Below are positions 1-10,790 of a DNA stretch of 33,102 nt, one piece after another. Positions within the stretch are counted from its first letter, which is position 1; every line of letters begins with the position of its first letter. A model generated the notes under the pieces. That model worked only from the letters and a program-made list of their open reading frames with translations. It was not told where the DNA came from and searched no databases. The position numbers and the translations under genes were made by a program. Location of the stretch: the NCBI GenBank assembly GCA_947085095.1, contig CAMTVD010000015.1:1-33102 (forward strand), written 5' to 3'. This DNA is from an uncultured Thermus sp. Lineage in GTDB: Bacteria > Deinococcota > Deinococci > Deinococcales > Thermaceae.

Positions 1-134
<134 letters not shown>

Positions 135-230
135 AACGCCCGAAGGCGTTAGGTGTCGCTTGGCTTTAGCCTTGCGTTCTCCCCTTTTCAAGATCCCCCC
201 GCTTGGGCGTTCGCCCGCGCAGCAAAAGCT

Positions 231-259
231 ATGCTATCAAGCCCCCTGCTCTTTGTCAA
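231..259 (-). promoter_or_regulatory. sigma70-type promoter of the 16S rRNA gene
   Basis: Minus strand TTGACA-17 bp-TAGCAT about 100 bp upstream of the 16S 5' end. The -35 box lies inside the last codons of nrdR. Confidence 0.85.
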
Positions 260-698
260 CCCCTGAGAGGTGGCGGATCTCCTCAATGAAGCGTTCCACG
301 GAGTCAAACTCCCGGTAGACGGAGGCGAAGCGGATGTAGGCCACCTGGTCCAGGTCCCGTAAAAAGGCCATGGCCTTGAGGCCAATCTCCTCCGAGGAGA
401 CCTCCGGTCCGGGCACCTGGTCCTCAAAGGTGTAAGCGAAGCGCCTGAGGGCCTCCTGGCTTACGGGGCGCTTTTCGCAGGCCAGGAGAAGGCCCCTCAG
501 GAGCTTGTCGGGGTTGAAGGGCTCCCTGCGGCCGTCCCTCTTGATCACCATAAGCGGCTCCAGCTGGGTGCGCTCGTAGGTGGTGAAGCGGCGGCCGCAG
601 GCGGGGCACTCCCGCCGCCTGCGGATGGCGGCCCCCTCGTCGGAGGGCCTCGAGTCCACCACCCGGGTGTCGGGATGGCCGCAGTAGGGGCACTTCAT
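237..698 (-). CDS. nrdR: Transcriptional repressor NrdR
   Basis: MKCPYC...DSR...RRRRECPACGRRFTTYER zinc ribbon, ATP-cone, and AYIRFASVYREF motif. Confidence 0.97.
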   Translation of the reverse strand: MKCPYCGHPDTRVVDSRPSDEGAAIRRRRECPACGRRFTTYERTQLEPLMVIKRDGRREPFNPDKLLRGLLLACEKRPVSQEALRRFAYTFEDQVPGPEVSSEEIGLKAMAFLRDLDQVAYIRFASVYREFDSVERFIEEIRHLSGVDKEQGA

Positions 699-1402
699 GG
701 CACCTCGCGGAGCATCTCGTAGATCTCGGAAGACACCGGGGGCTCGGGCAGCTGCACCTCCAGGACCACTCCCCGCACCCCCTCGGCCACCATGGACCCC
801 AAGGCCAAGGCGGCCCGCACCAGGGCCTGGTCGTACCCCTCCCCCACGGGGTCGCGGGAAGGCACCACCCCGTTCACCCGCACCCCAGGAAGGGTGCGGG
901 TGGCCCCCTCAATGAGCCCCTCCACCGCCTTGCGCACCGAGAGGACGTGGGGCTCCAGGCGGACCGCAGGGGGCAGGACCAGGGTCACAAACCCGCCCCC
1001 CGCCAGGTGCCTCAGGCCCTGCTGCAGGACGTAAAGGCTGGACTTCACGTCCTGGCTCATGAGGTCGTACCACTCCCCTTCCAAAAGCTCCACGAAAGGG
1101 GTCTTGCTCTCGGCGGTGGTCACGTGGACGATGCCGTCCAGAAGGCCAAAGAGCTCCTCCACCTTCTCAAAGGTGCCCGTCACGTCCAAGACCACGCTCA
1201 TGTCCCCGCGGATGGGGATGGCGGTGGCCCCCAGGGCCTCCACCTCCGAGGCCACTGCGGTGGCTAGCTCCACGTCGGGGTCCACGGCGATCACCGTGGC
1301 CCCGTTTCTGCCATAGCCATGGGCGATGGCCCGCCCGAAGCCCCGCCCGGCCCCGGTCACCATGACGATCCGCCCCTCGAGGCCCAAAAGGTCCCGTGAC
1401 AT
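695..1402 (-). CDS. Short-chain dehydrogenase/reductase (SDR) family protein
   Basis: TGAGRGFG Rossmann motif and VRVNGVVP. Start taken at MSRDLL (1411 is also possible). No canonical YxxxK motif is evident. Confidence 0.85.
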   Translation of the reverse strand: MSRDLLGLEGRIVMVTGAGRGFGRAIAHGYGRNGATVIAVDPDVELATAVASEVEALGATAIPIRGDMSVVLDVTGTFEKVEELFGLLDGIVHVTTAESKTPFVELLEGEWYDLMSQDVKSSLYVLQQGLRHLAGGGFVTLVLPPAVRLEPHVLSVRKAVEGLIEGATRTLPGVRVNGVVPSRDPVGEGYDQALVRAALALGSMVAEGVRGVVLEVQLPEPPVSSEIYEMLREVP

Positions 1403-1430
1403 CAGGCCCATTGTACGGGAAAATAAGGGC

Positions 1431-1910
1431 ATGGCCCGCATCCGCATCGCGGAAGGGGACATCACCGAGTTTCAGGGGGACGCCCTCGTCAACGCCGCCA
1501 ACAACCACCTGAAGCTGGGGGCGGGGGTGGCGGGGGCCATCCTGAGGAAGGGGGGAGCCTCCATCCAGGAGGAGTGCGACCGCATCGGCAAGATCCGCGT
1601 GGGAGAGGCGGCGGTCACCGGGGCGGGGAACCTCAAGGTGCGCCACGTGATCCACGCCGCCGTCTTAGGGGACGAGCCCGCCAGCCTGGAAACGGTGCGC
1701 CAGGCCACCCGAAGCGCCCTGGAGAAGGCGGTGGAACTGGGCCTCAAGACCCTCGCCTTCCCCCTCCTGGGCACCGGGGTGGGGGGCTTGCCGGTGGAGG
1801 CGGTGGCCCGGGTCATGCTGGAGGAGATCAAGAAGGCCCCGGACACCCTGGAGGTCACCCTCTACGGCTACCGGGAAGAGGACGCCGAGGCCATCCGGCG
1901 GGCCCTTTAG
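1431..1910 (+). CDS. Macro-domain (ADP-ribose binding/hydrolase) protein
   Basis: [21 protein letters not shown] and [10 protein letters not shown] motifs. Start at ATG 1431. Confidence 0.93.
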   Translation: MARIRIAEGDITEFQGDALVNAANNHLKLGAGVAGAILRKGGASIQEECDRIGKIRVGEAAVTGAGNLKVRHVIHAAVLGDEPASLETVRQATRSALEKAVELGLKTLAFPLLGTGVGGLPVEAVARVMLEEIKKAPDTLEVTLYGYREEDAEAIRRAL

Positions 1911-2335
1911 AGGGCCTTGCGGAAGCAGACCAGCCGCTCCACCTCCTCGTAGCCCAGGTGCCGGTGCACCTCCTGGCCCAGGAGGTTGCTGAGCTCCGCG
2001 TCCGAGGCCATCTCCCGGCACCCCTGGGCCCGGGCCCAGGCCTCGGCCTCCTGGACCAGGAGGCGGGCCACGCCCCTTCTCCGGAAGGTGGGGAGCACGT
2101 AAAGCCCCTCGAGGTAGCCCACGGGGGAGGTCTCGCACCCCTCGGCGTAGGGGCGGAGGGAAACCTCCACCAGGCCCAGCAGAAGGCCCTCTTCCTCGGC
2201 CACGAAGGCCGCCTGCCGGGGGTCCTGGAGAAGGGCCTCCACCTCCTCGGGGTCCCCCCCGCCCTCAGGCCAGAGCGCCTGGCGCAGGGCCAGGTAGGCG
2301 GGAAGGTCTTGGGGAGTGAGGGGGCGCACCCTCAC
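1907..2335 (-). CDS. GNAT acetyltransferase, AAC(6')-I-like
   Basis: [24 protein letters not shown]...RRRGVA...ASDAEL.N...[13 protein letters not shown] matches the AAC(6')-I subfamily pattern. Confidence 0.8.
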   Translation of the reverse strand: MRVRPLTPQDLPAYLALRQALWPEGGGDPEEVEALLQDPRQAAFVAEEEGLLLGLVEVSLRPYAEGCETSPVGYLEGLYVLPTFRRRGVARLLVQEAEAWARAQGCREMASDAELSNLLGQEVHRHLGYEEVERLVCFRKAL

Positions 2336-3195
2336 GGGTTCCCGCCCTCCGGCCTGGGCTCCTGTGGGGGAGGCGCAGCCCTGGGGAAGTACCCCTCGGC
2401 CAGGCGCCTGAGGTCGCCTTCCCCCACCTTCCCGTCCCCGTCCAGGTCCCCCTTGAGCTCCTTCCCCTCCTTGCCCCAGCTTTGGGCCAGCGGGAGGAGC
2501 TCGGCGAAGGGTTTGCCCCGGGGAAGGGCCTGGCCCAGGGGCTTCCCTTCCCTGTCGTAGAGGACCATGCGGGGGGAGAGCCTGGGGGTGAGGGGCTTAG
2601 CGGGAGTGAGGAGGAGGCGGAAGGCCTCCTGGTCCTTGAGGGGCCTGGGGAAGGCCATGTCCAGGCGCAGGAGGCCAGTTTCGGGGTCGTAGTCCAGGAG
2701 GTAAACGGGGCCTGCGCCCCTGAAGCTCGCCAGGTCCGGGGTGAGGTCCTGGAGGCGCACCTCCAGCTGGAAACCTAGAGCCTCCCGCACCTCCACCCGG
2801 CCGAGGAGGAGGAAGGGCCCCTCCACCTGGGCCGGGGGCAGGACCAGGGCGAGCCTGGGGGGCGGGGGGTCGCTGACGTTCAGGGTCAGCCGCCCCGAAC
2901 GGCTGTTCTTGATCCCGTCCTCCACGGTGAGGATGAGGGGGAACTGGCCCTTCTCCCGGGGAACCCCGCTGATCCGGCCCCCCTGGAAGGTGAGGCCCTG
3001 GGGGAGCCTGCCCTCGAGGCTGAAGGTGTAGGGCCTCACCCCCCCTTCGGCGCTGAAGGCATGGGTATAGCTCTCCCCCAGGTAGGCGGGGGGAAGGCTT
3101 GAGGCGGTGAGGCGCAGCGGCTCCGTCCCCACGCCCGTGGGGTCCTGGGTGCCGCAGGCGGCGAGGAGGAGAAGGAGGGGCCAGAGCTTCCGCAT
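2332..3195 (-). CDS. Lipoprotein with putative Ig (He_PIG-like) domain and C-terminal dockerin-like motif
   Basis: Lipobox [14 protein letters not shown]...GG..PYTFS...LPQGLT...ISGVP Ig-like pattern, and [14 protein letters not shown] calcium-binding loop. Confidence 0.75.
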   Translation of the reverse strand: MRKLWPLLLLLAACGTQDPTGVGTEPLRLTASSLPPAYLGESYTHAFSAEGGVRPYTFSLEGRLPQGLTFQGGRISGVPREKGQFPLILTVEDGIKNSRSGRLTLNVSDPPPPRLALVLPPAQVEGPFLLLGRVEVREALGFQLEVRLQDLTPDLASFRGAGPVYLLDYDPETGLLRLDMAFPRPLKDQEAFRLLLTPAKPLTPRLSPRMVLYDREGKPLGQALPRGKPFAELLPLAQSWGKEGKELKGDLDGDGKVGEGDLRRLAEGYFPRAAPPPQEPRPEGGNP

Positions 3196-3225
3196 AAGGC
3201 CAGTTTAGCGGGTATAGTTGAGGGC

Positions 3226-3771
3226 ATGGTGAAGCCGGACTGGTGGATCCGGGAGATGGCGAAAAGGGGCATGATTGAGCCCTTTGAGGAGCGCCTGGTG
3301 CGGGAGGGGGTGATCAGCTACGGCCTCTCCAGCTTCGGCTACGACCTCCGGGCCGCCCCGGAGTGGAAGATCTTCACCAACGTCTTCTCCACGGTGGTGG
3401 ACCCCAAGAACTTTGACCCCAGGAGCTTCGTGGAGTACGAGGGGGAGGAGGTCATCATCCCCCCCAACTCCTTCGCCCTCACCCGGAGCGTGGAGTACAT
3501 CCGCATGCCGGAGAACGTGATCGCCATCGCCCTGGGCAAGAGCACCTACGCCCGGTGCGGCATCGTGGCCAACGTCACCCCCCTGGAGCCCGGCTGGGAG
3601 GGGCACGTGACCCTGGAGATCTCCAACACCACCCCCCTGCCCGCCAAGGTCTATGCCGGGGAGGGCATCGTCCAGCTCCTCTTTCTGGAGGGCCCTAAGC
3701 CCGAGGTCACCTACAAGGACCGCCAGGGCAAGTACCAGGGGCAAAGGGGCATCACCCTGCCCCGGGTGTAG
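3226..3771 (+). CDS. dcd: dCTP deaminase
   Basis: [33 protein letters not shown] and [11 protein letters not shown] motifs. Confidence 0.96.
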   Translation: MVKPDWWIREMAKRGMIEPFEERLVREGVISYGLSSFGYDLRAAPEWKIFTNVFSTVVDPKNFDPRSFVEYEGEEVIIPPNSFALTRSVEYIRMPENVIAIALGKSTYARCGIVANVTPLEPGWEGHVTLEISNTTPLPAKVYAGEGIVQLLFLEGPKPEVTYKDRQGKYQGQRGITLPRV

Positions 3772-3774
3772 GCT

Positions 3775-4389
3775 ATGGGCGTGCGCTTCCTCTTTCTCTT
3801 CGCCCTTCTCCCCCTAGGTTTCCTCAGCGCCTGCCGAGGTGAGAGCATGAAGCCCCTTCCCTACCTTTCTGAGACCCCCGTGCGGTCCTTTCCCGCCCCC
3901 AAGCCGGTCCTGGAGCCCGGCAAGGACTACCACGCCCGGCTCAAGACCACCAAGGGAGAGATCCTCATAGATCTCCTGGAGAAAGAGGCCCCCAACACGG
4001 TGAACTCCTTCGTCTTCCTGGCCCTCCACCGCTACTTTGAGGGGGTGGACTGGCACCGGGTCATCCCCGGCTTCGTGGCCCAGACGGGGGACCCCACGGG
4101 CACGGGACGGGGCGGCCCCGGCTACACCTTCGGCCTGGAGATCGCCCCGGGGCTGGCCTACGACCGGGAAGGCCTGGTGGGCATGGCCCGCACCCAGGAT
4201 CCCAACTCCAACGGGAGCCAGTTCTTCATCACCCTGGGACCCACTCCCCACCTGACGGGCCAGTACACCCTGTTTGCGAAAGTGGTGGAAGGGATGGAGG
4301 TGGTGAAACGCCTTGCCCCCACCGAGGGCCCCCTGGCGGGCGGGCAGAAGGACAAGCTCCTTTCCGTGGAGATTCTGGTCAAGGAATGA
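3775..4389 (+). CDS. Cyclophilin-type peptidyl-prolyl isomerase (lipoprotein)
   Basis: Lipobox [32 protein letters not shown] and NGSQFFITL motifs. Confidence 0.95.
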   Translation: MGVRFLFLFALLPLGFLSACRGESMKPLPYLSETPVRSFPAPKPVLEPGKDYHARLKTTKGEILIDLLEKEAPNTVNSFVFLALHRYFEGVDWHRVIPGFVAQTGDPTGTGRGGPGYTFGLEIAPGLAYDREGLVGMARTQDPNSNGSQFFITLGPTPHLTGQYTLFAKVVEGMEVVKRLAPTEGPLAGGQKDKLLSVEILVKE

Positions 4390-5465
4390 TCCCCGAGGGC
4401 ACCCGCTTCCTCCTTCCCCCGGAGGCCCGGCTCAAGGCCGAGACGGTGGGAAAGCTGCAGGAGCTCTTCCGCCGCCACGGGTACGAGCCCGTGGAGCTTC
4501 CCGCCCTCGAGGCCTTTGACCCCCTCCACCCCCTGGCCCAGAGGTCCTTCAAGCTGGTGGACAAGACAGGGGAGGTCCTGGCCCTGAGGAGCGAGTTCAC
4601 CACCCTTCTTTCCAAGCTCCTCAGGCCCCACCTCAAAGAAGGGGTCCACCGCTTCCAGTACGCGGGAGCCCTGTGGCTCAGGGAGGGGGACGCGGAGCTC
4701 GGGCGCCTCAGGGAGTACACCCAGGTGGGCCTGGAGCTGATCGGGGCCACGGGGCCCCTGGCGGACGCGGAGGTCCTGGAGCTGGCCTTCGCCGCCCTCG
4801 AGGCCCTGGGGGTGGAGGGGGTGGTGGAGGTGGGCCTCCCCAGCCTGGTGGGGGAGGTGCTCCGGGCCTCTGGCCTTCCCGAGGAGGCCCAAAGGGAGGC
4901 CCAAAAGGCCATCCACCGCAAGAACCTCCCCGAGCTCCAAACCCTCCTCGCCCACCACCCAGTGTCCGAGGAGGCCAGGAAGACCCTCCTCGCCCTTCCC
5001 GACCTCTACGGGGAGGAGGAGGTCCTGAAGGAGGCGGAAGGCCTGCCCCTGCCAAAGAGAGCCAGGGAGGCCCTGAAGAACCTGCGGAAGACCCTGGACC
5101 TCCTGGGGAGGCCCGTGCTCTTGGACCTGGGCATGGCCCGGCGCTACGAGTACTACTCGGGGATCTTCTTCCGGGCCTACACCCCGGGTTTCGGCCTCCC
5201 CCTTCTGGGGGGCGGGCGGTACGACGGGGCCCTCCTGCCCAGGGCAGCGGGCTTCGCCCTGGGGGTGGAGAGGCTCCTCGAGGCCCTCAAGCTCCCCCAG
5301 GAGGAAGCCCCCCCGGAGGTCCTGGCCCTGGACCTTAAGGCCCTCCGCCGCTTCGCCAGGGCGATGCGGGTGGAGCTCTTCCACGGGGAAGACCCCGCGG
5401 CTCACGCCAAGGCCCGGGGAATCCCCTTTCTGGCCCAGGGGGAACGCCTCTGGAGGGTGGAATGA
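4386..5465 (+). CDS. hisZ: ATP phosphoribosyltransferase regulatory subunit
   Basis: HisRS-like [34 protein letters not shown] and GGGRYD motifs. Lies directly upstream of a short hisG. Confidence 0.93.
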   Translation: MIPEGTRFLLPPEARLKAETVGKLQELFRRHGYEPVELPALEAFDPLHPLAQRSFKLVDKTGEVLALRSEFTTLLSKLLRPHLKEGVHRFQYAGALWLREGDAELGRLREYTQVGLELIGATGPLADAEVLELAFAALEALGVEGVVEVGLPSLVGEVLRASGLPEEAQREAQKAIHRKNLPELQTLLAHHPVSEEARKTLLALPDLYGEEEVLKEAEGLPLPKRAREALKNLRKTLDLLGRPVLLDLGMARRYEYYSGIFFRAYTPGFGLPLLGGGRYDGALLPRAAGFALGVERLLEALKLPQEEAPPEVLALDLKALRRFARAMRVELFHGEDPAAHAKARGIPFLAQGERLWRVE

Positions 5466-6085
5466 AGCGGTACCTCCTCACCGTGGCCCTGCCCAAGGGG
5501 CGCATTTTTGAAGAGGCCTACGAGGCCCTGAAGGGCGCGGGCCTGGACCTCCCCCCCGTCTTGGACGAGAGAGCCCTGCTGCACGGGAGGGAAGGAGGGA
5601 TCGCCCTCTTGGAGCTCCGCAACAAGGACGTGCCCGTCTACGTGGACCTGGGCATCGCCGAGCTGGGGGTGGTGGGCAAGGACATCCTCCTGGACTCGGA
5701 GCGGGACCTCTTTGAGCCGGTGGACCTGGGGTTTGGCGCCTGCCGCCTCTCCCTCATCCGCCGTCCCGGGGACACCTCCCCCATCCGCCGCATCGCCACC
5801 AAGTACCCCCTCTTCACCGCCCGCCTCCTCAAGGAAAGGGGCTGGGTGGCGGACGTGGTGGAGCTTTCCGGCAACATTGAGCTGGCGGCGGTCACAGGGC
5901 TGGCGGATGCGGTGGTGGACGTGGTGCAGACGGGGGCCACCCTAAGGGCGGCGGGGCTTTTGGAGGTGGAGGTCCTGGCCCACTCCACCGCCCGGCTCAT
6001 CGTGAACCGCCAGGCCCTCAAGCTCAAGCGGGACCTCATCAAGCCCCTGATCGCTAGACTGAGAAACCGTGACCGAGGCCCGTAA
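5462..6085 (+). CDS. hisG: ATP phosphoribosyltransferase (short form)
   Basis: [29 protein letters not shown] and [21 protein letters not shown] motifs. Confidence 0.96.
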   Translation: MKRYLLTVALPKGRIFEEAYEALKGAGLDLPPVLDERALLHGREGGIALLELRNKDVPVYVDLGIAELGVVGKDILLDSERDLFEPVDLGFGACRLSLIRRPGDTSPIRRIATKYPLFTARLLKERGWVADVVELSGNIELAAVTGLADAVVDVVQTGATLRAAGLLEVEVLAHSTARLIVNRQALKLKRDLIKPLIARLRNRDRGP

Positions 6086-6644
6086 GCGGCGCATAGAAGG
6101 GGTCCTAAAGCGGAGGCAGCCGGACCTCACGGTGCTTTTAGAAAACGTCCACAAGCCCCACAACCTCTCCGCCATCCTGCGCACCTGCGACGCGGTGGGG
6201 GTCCTCGAGGCCCACGCGGTGAACCCCACGGGAGGCGTGCCCACCTTCAACGAGACCAGCGGAGGCAGCCACAAGTGGGTCTACCTGCGGGTGCACGAGA
6301 GCGTAAAGGAGGCCTTCCGGCACCTAAAGGAGCGGGGCTTTAGGGTCTATGCCACCGCCCTTAGGGAGGACGCCCGGGATTTCCGGGAGTTGGACTACAC
6401 AAAGCCCACCTGCGTCCTCCTGGGGGCGGAGAAATGGGGGGTTTCCGAGGAGGCCCTGGGCCTGGCGGATGGGGCCATCAAGATCCCCATGCTGGGGATG
6501 GTCCAAAGCCTGAACGTCTCCGTGGCCGCCGCCGTCATCCTCTTTGAGGCCCAGCGGCAGAGGCTGAAGGCGGGGCTTTACGACAGGCCCCGCCTGGACC
6601 CCGAGCTCTACCAAAAGGTGCTCGCCGACTGGCTCAGGAAGTGA
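6069..6644 (+). CDS. trmH: tRNA (guanosine-18-2'-O)-methyltransferase
   Basis: SPOUT motifs [28 protein letters not shown] and [15 protein letters not shown]. Confidence 0.95.
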   Translation: MTEARKRRIEGVLKRRQPDLTVLLENVHKPHNLSAILRTCDAVGVLEAHAVNPTGGVPTFNETSGGSHKWVYLRVHESVKEAFRHLKERGFRVYATALREDARDFRELDYTKPTCVLLGAEKWGVSEEALGLADGAIKIPMLGMVQSLNVSVAAAVILFEAQRQRLKAGLYDRPRLDPELYQKVLADWLRK

Positions 6645-6659
6645 GGAGGACCTCCTCCT

Positions 6660-6770
6660 TCAGGAGTTCTTCCAGGGACTTGGCCTTGACCCCGACTCAA
6701 TCTTGGCCTGGTGCTCGCGGATGCGCGCCTGGTAGCCTTCCCCGCTTTTCCGCAACCGCCTATTGCCCAT
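6660..6770 (-). pseudogene. Short 36-codon ORF, probable remnant of a deleted small-gene pair
   Basis: ATG overlaps the ilvE stop. The ORF reads MGNRRLR...EGYQARIREHQAKIE and then degenerates. A second frame gives a protein-like tail [19 protein letters not shown]. Confidence 0.35.
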
Positions 6771-7716
6771 TCACGTAGGTGAGCCAGGCCTCGTACTCCG
6801 GCCGCCGCCCCGTGGCCGCCTCCAGGTAAACCTCCCGAAGCCTCAAGGCCACGGGCCCGGCGGTGCCCTGCCCGATGGGCCGCCAGTCAATCATGGAGAC
6901 CGGGGTCACCTCGGCGGCGGTCCCGGTCATGAAGACCTCGTCGGCCATGTAGAGCTGGTCCCGGGTGGCCCGCACCACCTGGACCTGGTAGCCCAGGTCC
7001 TTGGCGATCCTGATGACGGAGTCCCGGGTGATGCCCTCGAGGTTCACCGAGTGCTCCAGGGCGTAGATGACCCCGTCCCGCACGAAGAAAAGGTTCTCCC
7101 CGCTCCCCTCGGCCACGTACCCCTCCTCGTCCAGGAGGAGGGCCTCGTCGGCCCCGGCGGCCAGGGCCTCCATCTTGGCCAGGGCGGAGTTCACGTAGTT
7201 CCCCCCCACCTTGGCCTTCCCCGGCATCACGTTGGCGGGGAAGCGGGCCCAGGAGCTGGTGATGAGCTTAGCCCCCCGCCTCACCGCCTCCTCCCCCAGG
7301 TAGGCCCCCCACTCCCAGGCGGCCACCATGACCTCGGCGGGGTTGTTGGGCAGGGGGTTCACCCCCAGGGCCCTCGCCCCCATCCAGGCCAGGGGGCGGA
7401 TGTAGCAGCTCTTGTAGCCGTTTTGCCGCACCACCCCCTTGATGGCCTCCTCTATCTCCTCCGGGGTGTAGGGGATCTCCATGCGCAGGACCTTGGCCGA
7501 GTGGAAGAGGCGCCGCACGTGTTCCCGCAGGCGGAAGATGGCGGGGCCCTTGGGGGTCTCGTAGGCCCGGATGCCCTCAAAGACGCTGGTGCCGTAGTGG
7601 AGGGCGTGGGATAGGACGCTGGTCTTGGCCTCCTCCTGGGGAACCAGCTTGCCGTTGAACCAGATCAGGCCCGCCCGGATCTGGACATCGCCTCCTTTGG
7701 CCTCAGGCTTGGTCAT
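6760..7716 (-). CDS. ilvE: Branched-chain amino acid aminotransferase
   Basis: HALHYGTSVFEGIRAY, KAKVGGNY, EGSGENLF, LEGITRDS and TGTAAEVTPV motifs. Confidence 0.97.
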   Translation of the reverse strand: MTKPEAKGGDVQIRAGLIWFNGKLVPQEEAKTSVLSHALHYGTSVFEGIRAYETPKGPAIFRLREHVRRLFHSAKVLRMEIPYTPEEIEEAIKGVVRQNGYKSCYIRPLAWMGARALGVNPLPNNPAEVMVAAWEWGAYLGEEAVRRGAKLITSSWARFPANVMPGKAKVGGNYVNSALAKMEALAAGADEALLLDEEGYVAEGSGENLFFVRDGVIYALEHSVNLEGITRDSVIRIAKDLGYQVQVVRATRDQLYMADEVFMTGTAAEVTPVSMIDWRPIGQGTAGPVALRLREVYLEAATGRRPEYEAWLTYVNGQ

Positions 7717-8656
7717 GGCTAACCTCCGCCCCCATCATACCGCCTTTGCCCCACCCGGCTTCGGCGCGTAAGGCCTGAAAGGTCCGCACCGCCTCCTGGG
7801 CCACCCCTTGGGCCACAGGGGTTTTAAGGCTCCCCTCCCGCAGGAGGAGGTAAACGGCGCGCCCCGCTCCCGGGGGAGCCAGGGGGCGCAAGTGGGCCCA
7901 CTTGGCCTCGGGAAGGGTCCAAAGGGCCACCTCGGGCAGAAGGGTGAGCCCGCCCACGCTTTCCACCAGGAGAAACAAGGTTTGCAGGCTACCGCTTTGA
8001 AACTCCACCCGCCGCTTGGTCAAGCTGGGGCGGCATACGGAAAGGATCTGGTCCCGCAAGCAATGCCCCTCGGAGAGGACCCATGTGTCTTCTTGGGGAA
8101 TCTCCAGGGGATGGATGCTCTCCCGGGAATACAGCGCATGGTGGGGGGAGACATAAGCCAAGAAGGCCTCCCGAAAAAGGGGTATGGCCCTCAGGCCCGG
8201 GTGGTTTTCCTCCGTCCCCACGAGTCCGGCATCCAGACCCTCTTCCTGGAGAGCCCGGACGAGGTTTGGGGTGAGGTCTTCCCGAACCTCCAGTTCCAGC
8301 CCGGGATAGCGCTCCTGAAGCCGGGGGAGGAGCCGGGGAAGGAGATAGGGAGCGAGGGTGGGAATGACCCCCAGGCGGAAAGGCCCCCGAAAGCAGGCTT
8401 CCCCACCCCGGACCAAAAGGGTAAGCCTCTCCACCTCCTCCAAAACCCTGCGGGCTTGGGCCACGGCCACGCGGCCCGCCTCGGTCAGGGTACCCCTTTT
8501 CCGGTCAAACAGCTTAGCCCCTAAGGCCTCCTCCAACTTGCGGATCTGGATGCTCAAGGCGGGCTGGCTCCGGTAGACCCGTTCCGCCGCCGAGGTAAAG
8601 CTCCCCTCTTCCGCCAAGGCCACCAGGGAGCGAAGCTGATCCAGGGTCAAGCGCAT
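7703..8656 (-). CDS. oxyR: LysR-family peroxide sensor OxyR
   Basis: LysR HTH (SQPALSIQIRKLEE), GVIPTLAPYLLP, and redox pair EGHCLRDQILSVC (C-x8-C). Divergent from a catalase. Start at 8656 or 8662. Confidence 0.9.
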   Translation of the reverse strand: MRLTLDQLRSLVALAEEGSFTSAAERVYRSQPALSIQIRKLEEALGAKLFDRKRGTLTEAGRVAVAQARRVLEEVERLTLLVRGGEACFRGPFRLGVIPTLAPYLLPRLLPRLQERYPGLELEVREDLTPNLVRALQEEGLDAGLVGTEENHPGLRAIPLFREAFLAYVSPHHALYSRESIHPLEIPQEDTWVLSEGHCLRDQILSVCRPSLTKRRVEFQSGSLQTLFLLVESVGGLTLLPEVALWTLPEAKWAHLRPLAPPGAGRAVYLLLREGSLKTPVAQGVAQEAVRTFQALRAEAGWGKGGMMGAEVSHDQA

Positions 8657-8699
8657 AAACATAGTTTATTCTACTCCTGAAAGAATCTATTGGACTTAT
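8655..8699. promoter_or_regulatory. Putative OxyR/LysR binding site
   Basis: Inverted repeat ATAAAC-ATA-GTTTAT (8655-8669, T-N11-A) over the oxyR start, followed by an AT-rich tract toward the catalase gene. Confidence 0.6.
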
Positions 8700-8769
8700 G
8701 GCAAATCCTCCCCTAAGGTGGAAAGGGACCGGGGGGAAAGACCCCGCCGGTCTTCAGGAGGTGAAAGGC

Positions 8770-9678
8770 ATGTTCTTGAGGATTGACCGGCTACAGATCG
8801 AGCTTCCCATGCCCAAGGAACAAGATCCCAATGCGGCAGCGGCGGTGCAGGCCCTTCTGGGAGGGCGGTTTGGGGAGATGTCCACCCTGATGAACTACAT
8901 GTACCAGTCCTTTAACTTCCGGGGGAAGAAGGCCCTTAAGCCCTACTACGACCTCATCGCCAACATCGCCACGGAGGAGCTGGGCCACATTGAGCTGGTG
9001 GCGGCCACCATCAACTCCCTACTGGCCAGGAACCCCGGAAAGGATCTGGAAGAAGGGGTAGACCCCGTGGCCGCTCCCTTGGGCTTTGCCAAGGACGCCC
9101 GCAACGCCGCCCACTTCATCGCCGGTGGGGCCAATAGCCTGGTGATGGGCGCCATGGGGGAGCACTGGAACGGGGAGTACGTCTTCACCAGCGGCAACCT
9201 GATCCTGGACCTTCTCCACAACTTTTTCCTGGAGGTGGCAGCCCGCACCCACAAGCTTCGGGTTTACGAGATGACGGATAACCCCGTGGCCCGGGAGATG
9301 ATCGGCTACCTCCTGGTGCGGGGTGGGGTCCACGCCGCCGCCTACGGCAAGGCCTTGGAAACCCTTACCGGGGTGGAGATGACCAAGATGCTCCCCATCC
9401 CCCGGATTGAAAACAGCAAGATCCCCGAGGCCAAAAAGTACATGGACCTGGGCTTCCACCGGAACCTGTACCGCTTCAGCCAGGAAGACTACAAGGACTT
9501 AGGCCTCATCTGGACCGGCCCCTCGCCAGAAGACGGCAGTGAAGTGGTGGTCGTGGACGGGCCTCCCGCAGGCGGCCCCGTCTTTGACCCCGGCCACGAT
9601 GCCGCCGAGTTCGCTCCCGAGTTCCACCCTGGGGAGCTCTACGAGATGGCCAAGAAGCTCTACGAAAAGGCCAAGTGA
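8770..9678 (+). CDS. Manganese (non-heme) catalase
   Basis: MFLRIDRLQIELP start after an AGGAGG RBS. GGRFGEM, ATEELGHIELV and RGGVHAAAY metal-ligand motifs. Confidence 0.95.
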   Translation: MFLRIDRLQIELPMPKEQDPNAAAAVQALLGGRFGEMSTLMNYMYQSFNFRGKKALKPYYDLIANIATEELGHIELVAATINSLLARNPGKDLEEGVDPVAAPLGFAKDARNAAHFIAGGANSLVMGAMGEHWNGEYVFTSGNLILDLLHNFFLEVAARTHKLRVYEMTDNPVAREMIGYLLVRGGVHAAAYGKALETLTGVEMTKMLPIPRIENSKIPEAKKYMDLGFHRNLYRFSQEDYKDLGLIWTGPSPEDGSEVVVVDGPPAGGPVFDPGHDAAEFAPEFHPGELYEMAKKLYEKAK

Positions 9679-9705
9679 GGGGCCAGGCCCCCTCTCTGGG
9701 GGGGC

Positions 9706-10707
9706 TTATAGGGCCCCGTACCGCCCCCCGGGGAGGGCCTGGGCCAGGCCCTTGAGCTCCAGGAGGGTGAGGAGGGAAAGCACGGCCTCCGGGCTCAGGC
9801 CCATGGCCTCCGCCAGGTGCTCGGGCAGGGCCTCCCCCTGGCGCAGGAGATCATAAAGGCGGGACTCCTCCGGGGAAAGCTCCGGGACCTCCTTGCGCCT
9901 TCCAGAAAAGCCCAGGTAGGAGAGGGCGTCCTCCGGGGCGAGGACCGGGTAGGCCCCGTCCTGGATGAGGCGGTTGGCCCCTTGGGAACCCAGGTCCGTG
10001 GGCCTTCCCGGCACCGCCAGGACCTCCTTGCCCAGCTCCAGGGCGTAGCGGGCGGTGATGAGGGCCCCGGACTCGAGGGGGGCCTCCACCACGATCACTG
10101 CCCGGGAAAGCCCGGCGATGAGGCGGTTTCTGCGGGGGAAGTACTCGGGCTTGGGGCCGGTGCCCAAAGGAAACTCCGAGAGAAGGTCCATCCTCTCCGC
10201 CAAGGGGCGGTGCTCCGGCGGGTAGATCCGGTCCAGGGCGCTCCCCAAAACCCCCAGGGTGCGCCCCCCGGCCTCGAGGGCCCCCAGGTGGGCCTCCCGG
10301 TCAATCCCCCGGGCCAGGCCCGAGACCACCACCGCCCCCGCCTCCGCCAGGGCCTGGGCCAGCTTGCGGGCGAAGGAGAGGGCCCAGGGGGCCGCCCTCC
10401 TCGTGCCCACGATGGCCACCCCCTCCCCCTCCTCCGGCAGGGCTCCCTTGAGGTAGAGGTGGGTGGGGGGCTGGGGCAGGCGCTTGAGGCTCTCGGGAAA
10501 CCCCTCCTCCCAAAGGCCGAGGAGGTGAAGGCCCAGCCTTTCCACCCGGCGTCTCTCCTCCTGGGCCAGAGCCTCCGCCTGGGGAAGCTGGGCCAGCAGC
10601 TGGGGCGATCGCGCCTTTAGGGCCTCCAGGGGATCGGGCTCGGCCAAAAGCTCCAAGAGGCGCTTGGGGCCAATCCCGGGAAGCAGGGCCAGGGCCAGGG
10701 GGTCCAC
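9706..10707 (-). CDS. dprA: DNA processing protein DprA/Smf
   Basis: AIVGTR, VVSGLARGID, FPRRNRLIAGLS, SGALITA and a C-terminal wHTH. GTG start at 10707, 7 nt after a TATACT box. Confidence 0.95.
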   Translation of the reverse strand: MDPLALALLPGIGPKRLLELLAEPDPLEALKARSPQLLAQLPQAEALAQEERRRVERLGLHLLGLWEEGFPESLKRLPQPPTHLYLKGALPEEGEGVAIVGTRRAAPWALSFARKLAQALAEAGAVVVSGLARGIDREAHLGALEAGGRTLGVLGSALDRIYPPEHRPLAERMDLLSEFPLGTGPKPEYFPRRNRLIAGLSRAVIVVEAPLESGALITARYALELGKEVLAVPGRPTDLGSQGANRLIQDGAYPVLAPEDALSYLGFSGRRKEVPELSPEESRLYDLLRQGEALPEHLAEAMGLSPEAVLSLLTLLELKGLAQALPGGRYGAL

Positions 10708-10790
10708 GGCTTGGAGTATACTGAAACCCTTGGAAGGTCCGGCCCTCGCCCCAAGGGGCAAATCCCCAGGGCCGGGATCACCTAGCCATC

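Noticed and set aside
1431..1910. Macro domain as a DarG-type antitoxin or defence gene
   Set aside because: Stand-alone in a housekeeping context with no ADP-ribosyltransferase neighbour.
4158..5405. 415-aa minus-strand ORF
   Set aside because: Antisense shadow of hisZ/cyclophilin, an expected artefact of high GC3.
7703..9678. oxyR-Mn catalase as a novel island
   Set aside because: Slightly AT-richer than its flanks, but it is a known Thermus peroxide-defence pairing with no mobility signals.
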